From positions 1 through 56,750 of the forward strand of contig JBGTMW010000341.1 in NCBI GenBank assembly GCA_041743365.1: a stretch of DNA of 56,750 bases, written 5' to 3'. Both the position numbers and the translations under genes were made by a program. Position 1 is the stretch's first letter. Each line of letters opens with the position of its first letter. Below the pieces are notes generated by a model. That model was not told the DNA's origin and made no database searches. It was given only the letters and a program-made list of their open reading frames with translations. Origin of the DNA: Gemmatimonadaceae bacterium (GTDB lineage Bacteria; Gemmatimonadota; Gemmatimonadetes; Gemmatimonadales; Gemmatimonadaceae). This document shows positions 8,501 to 16,650 of the stretch, one piece after another.

Positions 8501-9276
8501 GCCGGGCGACACTGACCTCCATAGCGGAGAAACTCGATGAGCTGCTTGGAACGAAGGCGATCGCTGACTATCCGAACGCGTTGAATGGAGTCCAGCTGGC
8601 GAACCGCGGCGACATTACACGGGTAGCTGCTTCGGTCGACATCTCACGGACCGTGATCGAACGGACCATCGCCGCGAGAGCGAACCTCCTTGTCGTCCAT
8701 CACGGCATGTTCTGGGGCGGGCTGCAGCCCCTGCGCGGAACCCGATACGAGCGACTCCGGCTCCTGTTCGAGCATGACATTGCGGTATATGCATCGCATC
8801 TCCCTCTCGACGCACACCCGGAGGTGGGGAACAACGTTCTCCTCGCGCGCGAGCTCGGTCTCGAGCCCAGTGGTGGCTTCGCCGAGTTCCGTGGAGTGAC
8901 GATCGGGGTCCGGGGCGAGGCTTCCATCCCGACGTCCGCACTCCTGGAACGAGCACGCACGTTCGTTCGGCATCACGGTGGCGACACCCGCGCTACCGAT
9001 ATCGGCCCTGACCGGGTCACGCGCTGCTGGGCCATATGCACCGGAGCCGGCGCATCAGCGGAGACGCTTGCCGAGGCATCCTCCACTGGCGTAGACACCC
9101 TGATCGTGGGCGAAGGTCCGCACTGGACGGCGGTCGATGCACCGGAAGAGGGAATCGTCATCATCTACGCGGGTCACTACGCGACGGAGACTCTCGGAGT
9201 CCGGGCACTCGCCGGGCGCATCGCTGCGGAGTACAGAATTCCGTGGTCCTTCATCGAAGCACCGACGGGCCTGTGA
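8497..9276 (+). CDS. Nif3-like dinuclear metal centre protein (GTP cyclohydrolase 1 type 2 homologue)
   Basis: ATGA overlap with the upstream binding-protein gene. The protein has NGVQL, LLVVHHGMFW, ASHLPLDAH and GHYATE motifs characteristic of the NIF3/YbgI family. Confidence 0.85.
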   Translation: MSRATLTSIAEKLDELLGTKAIADYPNALNGVQLANRGDITRVAASVDISRTVIERTIAARANLLVVHHGMFWGGLQPLRGTRYERLRLLFEHDIAVYASHLPLDAHPEVGNNVLLARELGLEPSGGFAEFRGVTIGVRGEASIPTSALLERARTFVRHHGGDTRATDIGPDRVTRCWAICTGAGASAETLAEASSTGVDTLIVGEGPHWTAVDAPEEGIVIIYAGHYATETLGVRALAGRIAAEYRIPWSFIEAPTGL

Positions 9277-9332
9277 CTGTCTCCACTGCGCTTGCTTCAG
9301 GGCTGTGACTGTCTCCACCGCGCTTGCGCTGG
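9269..9332 (+). repeat. imperfect 32-bp tandem duplication at the Nif3/ABC-ATPase junction
   Basis: Copy 1 is gcctgtgactgtctccactgcgcttgc.. and copy 2 is ggctgtgactgtctccaccgcgcttgc.., with 25 of the first 27 positions identical. Copy 1 holds the Nif3 stop (TGA 9274..9276). Copy 2 holds the proposed ATPase start (GTG 9305). Confidence 0.75.
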
Positions 9333-10774
9333 AGGCCATTTCGAAGCGCTTCGGCTCGGTGGACGCCCTCACCGGCGCATCGCTGGAGGTTCGACCAGGA
9401 ACCGTACACGCGCTCCTCGGAGAGAACGGCGCGGGAAAGACCACCCTCATGCGCATCGCGTACGGACTGGCCCGCGCGGATAGCGGCAGGGTTCGAGTCG
9501 AGGGCTTGCCGGTCCGCTTGACGACGCCGGCGGATGCAATCGCCGTGGGGCTCGGTATGGTGCACCAGCACTTCACCATCGTTCACGCGATGACTGTCGC
9601 CGAGAACGTCGCCCTCGGGCGGCGTGGCCTGTTCGACACGAAGGCGACTGCGCGCCAGATCGAGTCGATAGGTGCCGCGACAGGGATGAACCTGAACCCG
9701 TCGGAAATCGCCGGATTGCTGAGCGTCCCCGGTCAGCAGCAGCTCGAGATCGTGAAGGCACTCGCCCAGAACGCGCGCATTCTCATCCTCGACGAGCCAA
9801 CGGCGGTGCTTGCCCCTCTCGACGCCGAGCTGCTGCTCCAGAGGCTGCGAAAGCTCGCCGACGGCGGTCTTACGGTCATCCTGATCACTCACAGGCTCCG
9901 CGAGGCGCTTTCCATAGCCGATGATGTGACGGTGCTGCGCCGTGGTGCGACGGTCCTCGCGGCACCCGCGGCAGGCCTGTCCGAGTCGAGCCTCGCTACC
10001 GCCATTCTGGGTTCCGCCTGGATTACACCTGGACACGACGCGTCTGCGCCTGACATCCCGGTACCGCGCTCCGACTTCACGAACCGGCCAAACGCTACGA
10101 TCGTGCTCCGCGCGACCGATGTTTCCGTCGTGGATGATCATGGTATCCAGCGTGTTCGCAACGCGACCCTCGAGGTCAGGTCAGGAGAGATCATCGGTAT
10201 CGCCGGTGTCGCCGGTAGCGGAGTGCGCGAGTTGTTGCGGGCGGTTGCGGGCCGGGTTCCGATCGCTGACGGACACATCGACAGGCCATCGCGGATCGGG
10301 TTCATTCCGGAGGATCGCCATCGCGAAGCGCTCGTTCTCGACTTCTCCCTCGCCGAGAACATGGCGCTGCGCGACTCCGGGATCCGAAGAGGTCTGACGC
10401 CATGGGCACAGGTCCGCGGCAACACCCGCGACCTTCTCCGCGAATTCGACATCCGGGCGCCATCTCCCGAGGTAGCGGCGGCCACGCTGTCAGGGGGAAA
10501 CCAGCAGAAGCTCGTTCTGGCGCGTGAGCTTGCCGGTACACCGTCGCTGTTGGTTGCCGAGAATCCGACTCGCGGCCTCGACATGCGCGGAGCTGCTGCG
10601 ATTCACGAACGATTGCGGCGTGCCCGGGATGACGGCATGGCCATTGTCACCTACTCGAGCGATCTCGATGAACTGCTCGCCCTCGCCAACCGTACTCTCG
10701 TGATGTACGCCGGATCCTTGCGCATGACCTTGCCCGATCGCGACGCCATCGGCAAGGCCATGCTCGGGACGTAG
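9305..10774 (+). CDS. ABC transporter ATP-binding protein with duplicated ATPase domains (BMP/nucleoside-sugar type)
   Basis: I moved the start to the in-frame GTG 9305 (VTVSTALALEAISKRFG). The first domain has Walker A GENGAGKTT and LSVPGQQQLEI. The second domain has the LSGGNQQK signature. Confidence 0.9.
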   Translation: MTVSTALALEAISKRFGSVDALTGASLEVRPGTVHALLGENGAGKTTLMRIAYGLARADSGRVRVEGLPVRLTTPADAIAVGLGMVHQHFTIVHAMTVAENVALGRRGLFDTKATARQIESIGAATGMNLNPSEIAGLLSVPGQQQLEIVKALAQNARILILDEPTAVLAPLDAELLLQRLRKLADGGLTVILITHRLREALSIADDVTVLRRGATVLAAPAAGLSESSLATAILGSAWITPGHDASAPDIPVPRSDFTNRPNATIVLRATDVSVVDDHGIQRVRNATLEVRSGEIIGIAGVAGSGVRELLRAVAGRVPIADGHIDRPSRIGFIPEDRHREALVLDFSLAENMALRDSGIRRGLTPWAQVRGNTRDLLREFDIRAPSPEVAAATLSGGNQQKLVLARELAGTPSLLVAENPTRGLDMRGAAAIHERLRRARDDGMAIVTYSSDLDELLALANRTLVMYAGSLRMTLPDRDAIGKAMLGT

Positions 10775-10830
10775 AACGGTGTTGATGATGTTCTGCGCGG
10801 GTGCTCTGTTCCGGGGCGGCCGAGCAGCCG

Positions 10831-12033
10831 TCAGGAGATTCGCAATCGACGAATCAGCAGAATTCCCATCGCCGGCCCGAGGGCAAGTATCGGGAAGGCG
10901 TAACGCCACCCGACCAGCTCGACCAGGGGCGGAATGAGCTGGATGGATATCGTCGTTACGAGAAAGCCGATCGACGTCTGGAGCGTCAGCGCCGTTCCAA
11001 CGGCGTGAGGCGGGACGACCCTGGTAATGAGGGTTGAGAACTGTGCACTGTCGGCGATGACGGCCGTTCCCCAGACCAGGGCCAGCAGTGCGAGCAGAGT
11101 CACTGACCGTCCGAAGACTGCGGGCGTGAGCAGTGCGCAAATCCCGCTCACTCCCATCGCCCTCATGACGAACCGGCCATGGCCGATCCGATCGGCGACC
11201 GCCCCACCCCAGATACAGCCGATCGCACCGACAGCGATCGCAGCGAACGCGAGACCGGATACGGTCGACGCCGAGATGTCCCGGCCAGCAACACTCGCTG
11301 CCAGGAATGCCGGGATCCACACCCAGTAGGAGTACAGCTCGAACATGTGGCCGGCGTAACCTCCGAGCACGAGACGGTATTCGCGCAGGTCGAACACCGC
11401 CTTCGCGAGTGCCCACTCGAACGGGCGCCGGGGGAAGGGATATGGACCGTCGCGGTAGAACAGCATCACCAGGAAAGCCGCGCCGACAGCTCCTGCAGAT
11501 GTGTAGAGCACAACCGGAGTCACGCCGACGCCGGGGATTGCATTGACGAGATAAGGCATCGCCTTCCCTGCAGTCAGTGCACCGACGATAGTGCCTATCG
11601 CGAGCCCTCGACGCTCCCTGAACCAGGTCGAGATCATCTTCATCGCTGGCGGATAGACGCCAGCGAGGCACACACCAGTCAGGAATCTCGCGACGAGCGC
11701 GCTGCCGTACCCGGGGACGATCACCAGCGCGGCGTTTGCGGCTGCGCCTGCAAGCGCTGCTGACGCGAAGTAGGCCCGCGATGAGAGTGTATCGGCAAGG
11801 TTCAGTATGGCAGCGACAGCCGTTCCCGCCACGAACCCCAGTTGTACAGATGTCGAAAGCCAACCGGCCTCGCTGGAGCTCAGTCCCCATCGTTCGGCAA
11901 GCTGCGGAGCGACCGCACTTCCCGCGAGCCACAGCGACATGCCGAGCAGCTCCGCAATGGCGAGGATGGCGAGCATGCGCCACTGACCTCGCGTACCGGG
12001 GACTACCCTCTCGTCGGCGGAGACGACGGGCAC
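10831..12033 (-). CDS. MFS transporter
   Basis: About 12 hydrophobic helices over 400 aa, with a loop motif in MFS style. It is the last gene of the minus-strand hydroxyproline operon. Confidence 0.85.
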   Translation of the reverse strand: MPVVSADERVVPGTRGQWRMLAILAIAELLGMSLWLAGSAVAPQLAERWGLSSSEAGWLSTSVQLGFVAGTAVAAILNLADTLSSRAYFASAALAGAAANAALVIVPGYGSALVARFLTGVCLAGVYPPAMKMISTWFRERRGLAIGTIVGALTAGKAMPYLVNAIPGVGVTPVVLYTSAGAVGAAFLVMLFYRDGPYPFPRRPFEWALAKAVFDLREYRLVLGGYAGHMFELYSYWVWIPAFLAASVAGRDISASTVSGLAFAAIAVGAIGCIWGGAVADRIGHGRFVMRAMGVSGICALLTPAVFGRSVTLLALLALVWGTAVIADSAQFSTLITRVVPPHAVGTALTLQTSIGFLVTTISIQLIPPLVELVGWRYAFPILALGPAMGILLIRRLRIS

Positions 12034-12088
12034 TGATCGCGATCCCGGCGGTGTTCATGAAAGCCAGCTGAAGCTGGCCTGCTCGTCG

Positions 12089-13393
12089 TCATGCTGCGGG
12101 GTCTGGCGAGGCGTCCACCGTCGCTTCGTCCGAGATCCATTCTCCCAGCAATGGTGCGAAAAGCGGAGGTCGTATCGACCCGGCAGGCCATCCGAGTACG
12201 TGCGCGAGACCTGGACCGCATACCACGCCCTGACAGGGTCCCATTCCGACCCGCGCATAAAGCTTCCCCTGCCGGGCAGTCCAGGTCGGATCTAGCTGAC
12301 CGAAGCGCACGTCTTCACACCGGCATACGACGGTATCCGGCCGGGCGAGCGTGAGCAGCTCCGCGCGGGGGCTGAAGGTGTTCGCAATGCGTGCCGCGAA
12401 TCGAATACCCTGATTCCGGCGCCGATGCAGCTCACCAGGAACCCGGACACTGTCTCCACCAGCGGCGACGATTCCGGCGATCTCGCCCTCTGCTATCGAT
12501 GCCGAGTCTCCCGCAACGCCAGTGGTTTCGCCCGCGCTGAACACCCCGGCTACAGTCGTCCGCTGAAACGCATCGACTACGACGCAGCCATCGATGACCG
12601 CGCAGCCGAGCAGCCGGGCCAGCTCGGTGCCCGGCACGAGGCCATAGCTGCAGCACAGCAGATCGCATGGCTCTGTCCAACGGCGAGTACCGTTCGTCAG
12701 GGTCACCATTTCAACACGTCGATCACCGTCCGCGCGCTCCACCCAGACTCCGGAGTGGTAGGCGCGAACAGGGACTGCGCTACCATACCGGGCGGCGAGC
12801 AGGATCTTCTCCGGCTGCCCCCATAGTGAAAGCCCGAATGTGGCGAGCTTCAGCGAGGATACCTGTTCGGCGAACGCAACGATGCGTGCGCCCGACCTGG
12901 CCATCGCTGCGGCAACGGGGAGAAGGAGTGGCCCCGAGCCTGCGACTACTACCCGCTTTCCCTCGACACCGAGCCCGCCCTTCAGCATCGCCTGGGCACC
13001 ACCGACCCCCATTGCGTTGGGGAGCGTCCATCCCGGATACGGCAGGAACAGCTCGCGTGCGCCGGTGGCGATGATCGTCTTCGGAGCGCTGACGAGGTGC
13101 GTGCCTTCACGCGTGGTTACCGTCACCCTGCCTTGTTCCGCCGAGCCGTCGATCACTGTCGCTTCGAGCACCCACTTCACTCCAGCGCGCTCTGATCGCT
13201 CGATCCACCGCCGGGCAAGACGTGGAAGCGACGTCCTGTCGCGGTGACGCCAGATCTGGCCCCCGGGGCGTGCTGCCGAATCAATGACGATGACATCAGC
13301 ACCAGCCTCCGCGGCGCGTGTTCCCGCCGCTATCCCGGCAGGGCCACCGCCCACCACAACCACATCACACCTGACGACACCGGGTGTCTTCAC
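12089..13393 (-). CDS. FAD/NAD(P)-binding oxidoreductase; candidate alpha subunit of heteromeric D-hydroxyproline dehydrogenase (HcnB / opine-oxidase-A-like)
   Basis: I moved the start to GTG 13393, which overlaps the upstream stop (GTGA). The protein has DVVVVGGGPAGIAAG and a second Rossmann motif VVVAGSGPLLLP. Confidence 0.75.
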   Translation of the reverse strand: MKTPGVVRCDVVVVGGGPAGIAAGTRAAEAGADVIVIDSAARPGGQIWRHRDRTSLPRLARRWIERSERAGVKWVLEATVIDGSAEQGRVTVTTREGTHLVSAPKTIIATGARELFLPYPGWTLPNAMGVGGAQAMLKGGLGVEGKRVVVAGSGPLLLPVAAAMARSGARIVAFAEQVSSLKLATFGLSLWGQPEKILLAARYGSAVPVRAYHSGVWVERADGDRRVEMVTLTNGTRRWTEPCDLLCCSYGLVPGTELARLLGCAVIDGCVVVDAFQRTTVAGVFSAGETTGVAGDSASIAEGEIAGIVAAGGDSVRVPGELHRRRNQGIRFAARIANTFSPRAELLTLARPDTVVCRCEDVRFGQLDPTWTARQGKLYARVGMGPCQGVVCGPGLAHVLGWPAGSIRPPLFAPLLGEWISDEATVDASPDPAA

Positions 13394-13641
13394 CGCTGTG
13401 CGGTCTCCACTACCAGCCCCGCCGTGCAGGGAATGAGGCAGGACCGCTGGTGCTCCCTTCCGTTGATCGTCAGGCGACACTCGAAGCACGTTCCCATGCC
13501 GCAAAGCGGTGCGCGAGGCTCTCCCTGGGTGGATGTCCGGAAGGCGGTCACGCCGAGAGACAGGAGGGCCGCGGCGAGCGGCATGCCGTCGACGACCTGC
13601 TCGCGCCTGCCGTCCACCACGATTTCAATGAGCGCACTCAT
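13390..13641 (-). CDS. small (2Fe-2S)-binding protein; candidate gamma subunit (HcnA-like)
   Basis: 83 aa with the Cys cluster CGMGTCFEC..C. It has ATGA/GTGA overlaps with both flanking oxidoreductase genes. Confidence 0.75.
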   Translation of the reverse strand: MSALIEIVVDGRREQVVDGMPLAAALLSLGVTAFRTSTQGEPRAPLCGMGTCFECRLTINGREHQRSCLIPCTAGLVVETAQR

Positions 13642-14795
13642 GGCGCGCCTGCCAGTTCTGGCTCGGGCATTCTGCGCATGGGAGAGAACGGCGCCGCTGG
13701 GAGTGGGGGTTCGCGGTCCAGAATTCCCGCGGTGATGATCTCGGCAGTTCCGAGCGCGGTTGTCACACCGAGGCCTTCATGCCCCGCGGCGATCCATACT
13801 CCCTCAATGGCATCCCAGCGTCCGATCAGTGGCAGGTTATCCGGTGTCGCTGGACGGAACCCGGTCCATGCCCTGAGCGCCGAGCATTCCGCCAACGCCG
13901 GCAGGAATTCGAGCGCGCGCCGCAGCATTGCGCGGAGCAGCGGCTGATTGATCGAGCGATCGCGCCCTACCAGCTCCCGTGAGGATCCGATCAGGATCTG
14001 CCCCGTGGCGCGCGGCTGGACGTTGAAGGCGGTCGATGCGCCTGTCGTGCTGTGTGCGCTGTGGAGATAGCCCAGTTCGACCAGCTCGCTCGAGCAGATT
14101 CCCGGGTAGCGGTCAGTGATGACGAGGTGCCCCTTTCGCGGAACGATGGGAAGTCCTGGTACCAGCAGCGGCGCATCGACCCCGGCGGCATTGATGACGG
14201 CATCCGTCGAGATAGTGGAGCTCTGGCCATTCCCCTCGCGAACGGTGACACTGCGTGCAGCGATCGATTCGACGACGCAGCTAACCCTGACCGTCGCACC
14301 CCGAATTCGGGCCTGCTGCACCAGATATCGAGTGGCGGTAGGCGGATAGAGCACGCGATCATCCGGAACGAACAAAGCCCCGGCGAGTCCTCTCCTGAGC
14401 GCTGGCTCGCGCTCCGCCAGCTCGCGGTCGTCGAGGAGCATTGTCACCACGCCCTGCGCTGCGTGGATCTCCCCCTTGGCTCGGGCGGCGGAGAGCTCCT
14501 CGTCATTGGTCGCCAGCCAGAGAGTTCCGCGCTTCTCGTCTTCGCAATCGGGCGGAAGCTCCCGGCTCAACTCCGTCCACAGGGCCCGCGAATACGCTGT
14601 CAGCGAAAGTTGAAGAGCTGAATCGTCCAGCACGACGATGTGACCCATCGCGACCCCCGTACTTCCTCCTCCAGGAAAGTCGGCATCGAGCAGCGTTACC
14701 TGAAGGCCCTCCCTGGAGAGAGCGGCCGCGCAGGCCGCGCCAATCACGCCCGCACCCACGATGACGACATCGGGGTGGCGGGTGGCGCTGCTCAT
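13638..14795 (-). CDS. FAD-dependent oxidoreductase (DAO family); candidate beta subunit of D-hydroxyproline dehydrogenase (HcnC-like)
   Basis: I moved the start to MSSATRHPDVVIVGAGVIGAACAA (ATG 14795), which forms an ATGA overlap with the epimerase stop. Confidence 0.8.
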   Translation of the reverse strand: MSSATRHPDVVIVGAGVIGAACAAALSREGLQVTLLDADFPGGGSTGVAMGHIVVLDDSALQLSLTAYSRALWTELSRELPPDCEDEKRGTLWLATNDEELSAARAKGEIHAAQGVVTMLLDDRELAEREPALRRGLAGALFVPDDRVLYPPTATRYLVQQARIRGATVRVSCVVESIAARSVTVREGNGQSSTISTDAVINAAGVDAPLLVPGLPIVPRKGHLVITDRYPGICSSELVELGYLHSAHSTTGASTAFNVQPRATGQILIGSSRELVGRDRSINQPLLRAMLRRALEFLPALAECSALRAWTGFRPATPDNLPLIGRWDAIEGVWIAAGHEGLGVTTALGTAEIITAGILDREPPLPAAPFSPMRRMPEPELAGAP

Positions 14796-15730
14796 GCCGG
14801 AATGCCGAAGCGAAACGGGTCCTGCTCGTCGAAGAGCAGCGTGGCACGGGACGTCACGAACGCACGGCCACTGATGTGAGGAATCAGGGATCCGGCGCGC
14901 TCGGTGAGCCAGCCGGTGAACATGCTGCCGGTGATGCTCTCCTGCCGCCACGGTTCATCGAGTGCGAGCTCTCCCCGGGCGTGGAGCACCGCCATCTTTG
15001 CCGACGTCCCTGTACCACAGGGAGACCGATCGTAAGCGGCACCGGGACATAGAACGAAGTTGCGGCTATCGGCGTCAGTGCGCGCCGGCGCCCCGAACAG
15101 CTCTATGTGATCGACCGGCGCATCATCGGCACCCGTAATCCCATCACGTTCGAGAACATCCCGAATCGAGGTCGTGAGGGAAAGGAGCTCCCGCACGTTG
15201 GTCATGGCGAGCGAGACGCCCGGGACTTCAGTGAGGAAAAACCAGTTGCCTCCATACGCGACGTCTCCGCGAACCTGCCCGACACCGGCGACACTGACTT
15301 CGACGTCGGCGAGATGGCGATACGCCGGAACGTTCTGGATGACGACGTCACCGCTCTCGCTCAGCTCGGCACTGACCATTCCCGCCGGAGTATCGATGCG
15401 GACGACGCCTGGCCGGATATGACCAAGAAACTCGAGCGTCCGGACGACACCGATGAGTCCGTGACCACACATCCCGAGATAGCCGACATCGTTGAAGAAA
15501 ACGACTCCGGTGATTGCGCCGTGCGAGATCGGCGGCGTCAGCAGTGCACCGACTACGGCGTCATGGCCCCTCGGCTCCCGGACCACCCCGCTCCGCAATT
15601 GGTCCTGATCTCGCCGCATGGACTCGCGGCGCTCGGCCATTGTTGATCCGGAGGGCTGGGGCCAGCCGGAGATCACGACGCGAGTCGGCTCTCCCTCGGT
15701 ATGTGAATCGACGACTTCGATTTCGTGCAT
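14792..15730 (-). CDS. 4-hydroxyproline 2-epimerase (proline racemase family)
   Basis: Starts HTEGEPTRV. Both catalytic Cys motifs are present (GMCGHG and DRSPCGTGTSA), which indicates an epimerase/racemase rather than a dehydratase. Confidence 0.88.
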   Translation of the reverse strand: MHEIEVVDSHTEGEPTRVVISGWPQPSGSTMAERRESMRRDQDQLRSGVVREPRGHDAVVGALLTPPISHGAITGVVFFNDVGYLGMCGHGLIGVVRTLEFLGHIRPGVVRIDTPAGMVSAELSESGDVVIQNVPAYRHLADVEVSVAGVGQVRGDVAYGGNWFFLTEVPGVSLAMTNVRELLSLTTSIRDVLERDGITGADDAPVDHIELFGAPARTDADSRNFVLCPGAAYDRSPCGTGTSAKMAVLHARGELALDEPWRQESITGSMFTGWLTERAGSLIPHISGRAFVTSRATLLFDEQDPFRFGIPA

Positions 15731-15745
15731 GCGTCCGCGGGGCTG

Positions 15746-16639
15746 CTAGTGCCGGTTTGCCAGCCGCTCACGGATGAGTGCACTGACCATCTCCCGCTCA
15801 TCGCCGGTCAGCTCGAGCCGCGGGGGACGAACGTTCGCACTTCCCATCCCGACTTCCTCCTGGGCAAGCTTGATCAGCTGGACGAACTTGGGCACCGTGT
15901 CGAGCCGCAGCAGTGGGAGAAACCACTCGTACAGTGGCCGGGCGGCTTCCGATCCCTTGGTGGCCGCGAGGTTGAACAACTGGACTGATTCTTCCGGCAG
16001 CGCATTCACCAGTCCGGCGATCCATCCCACCGCGCCTGCGGCTATGCCTTCCACGATCACGTCATCCATCCCGACAAAAATCTCCAGCCGATCTCCGACC
16101 AGCTCGCGAATTGCCGTGATGCGTCGGATGTCACCGCTCGACTCCTTCACGGCATGAAGGTTCTCGTAGCGGCAGAGCTCGTGGATCTGCACCGGCGTGA
16201 CATCGGTCCCGTACGCCAGTGGATTGTTGTACAGCATGCACGACAGGCTGGTTGCCTGGATGATCGCTTCCATGTGGGCAGACGTTTCCCGCCAGTCTCC
16301 GCGGTAGACATATGGCGGCAGAACCATGAGGCCATCGCAGCCCAGATCCGCAGATTGACGGGCGAGCGCCTGCGCCTCGGACGTGCTCATTCCCGAGATT
16401 CCGGCAATCAGCGGAACTCGGCTCGAGATTGCGGCATGCGCCGCAGTCAGAACGGTGCGCTTCTCATCGCCCGTGAGAGTCGGGGCTTCTCCGAGCGATC
16501 CGAGCGCAACGATGCCTCGAACTCCATGTGAGAGCAGCCATTCGACGTGCTCCTTGAGGAACCCGTGATCGACGGAGCCGTTCTTCGAAAAGGGAGTCGT
16601 GATGGCGGCGAATACGCCGCTCCAGTCGGATTGCTGCAT
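15746..16639 (-). CDS. DHDPS/NAL family lyase; candidate delta1-pyrroline-4-hydroxy-2-carboxylate deaminase
   Basis: GSLGEAPTLT motif and a Schiff-base Lys context (HAVKESSGD). Its position in the hydroxyproline cluster supports the call. Confidence 0.8.
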   Translation of the reverse strand: MQQSDWSGVFAAITTPFSKNGSVDHGFLKEHVEWLLSHGVRGIVALGSLGEAPTLTGDEKRTVLTAAHAAISSRVPLIAGISGMSTSEAQALARQSADLGCDGLMVLPPYVYRGDWRETSAHMEAIIQATSLSCMLYNNPLAYGTDVTPVQIHELCRYENLHAVKESSGDIRRITAIRELVGDRLEIFVGMDDVIVEGIAAGAVGWIAGLVNALPEESVQLFNLAATKGSEAARPLYEWFLPLLRLDTVPKFVQLIKLAQEEVGMGSANVRPPRLELTGDEREMVSALIRERLANRH

Positions 16640-16650
16640 CGGTCTCGGGG

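Noticed and set aside
9137-9304. Longest-ORF start of the ABC ATPase (ATG 9137), overlapping Nif3 by 140 nt. Similar 5' extensions are seen for parB (5061), the ALDH (18306), the permease (17972), upp (49179), pyrE (31134), the TetR gene (50330) and others.
   Set aside because: The extensions overlap the upstream genes and their translations carry no recognisable family motifs. The conserved N-termini begin at the internal starts, often with ATGA/GTGA coupling or a Shine-Dalgarno-like sequence.
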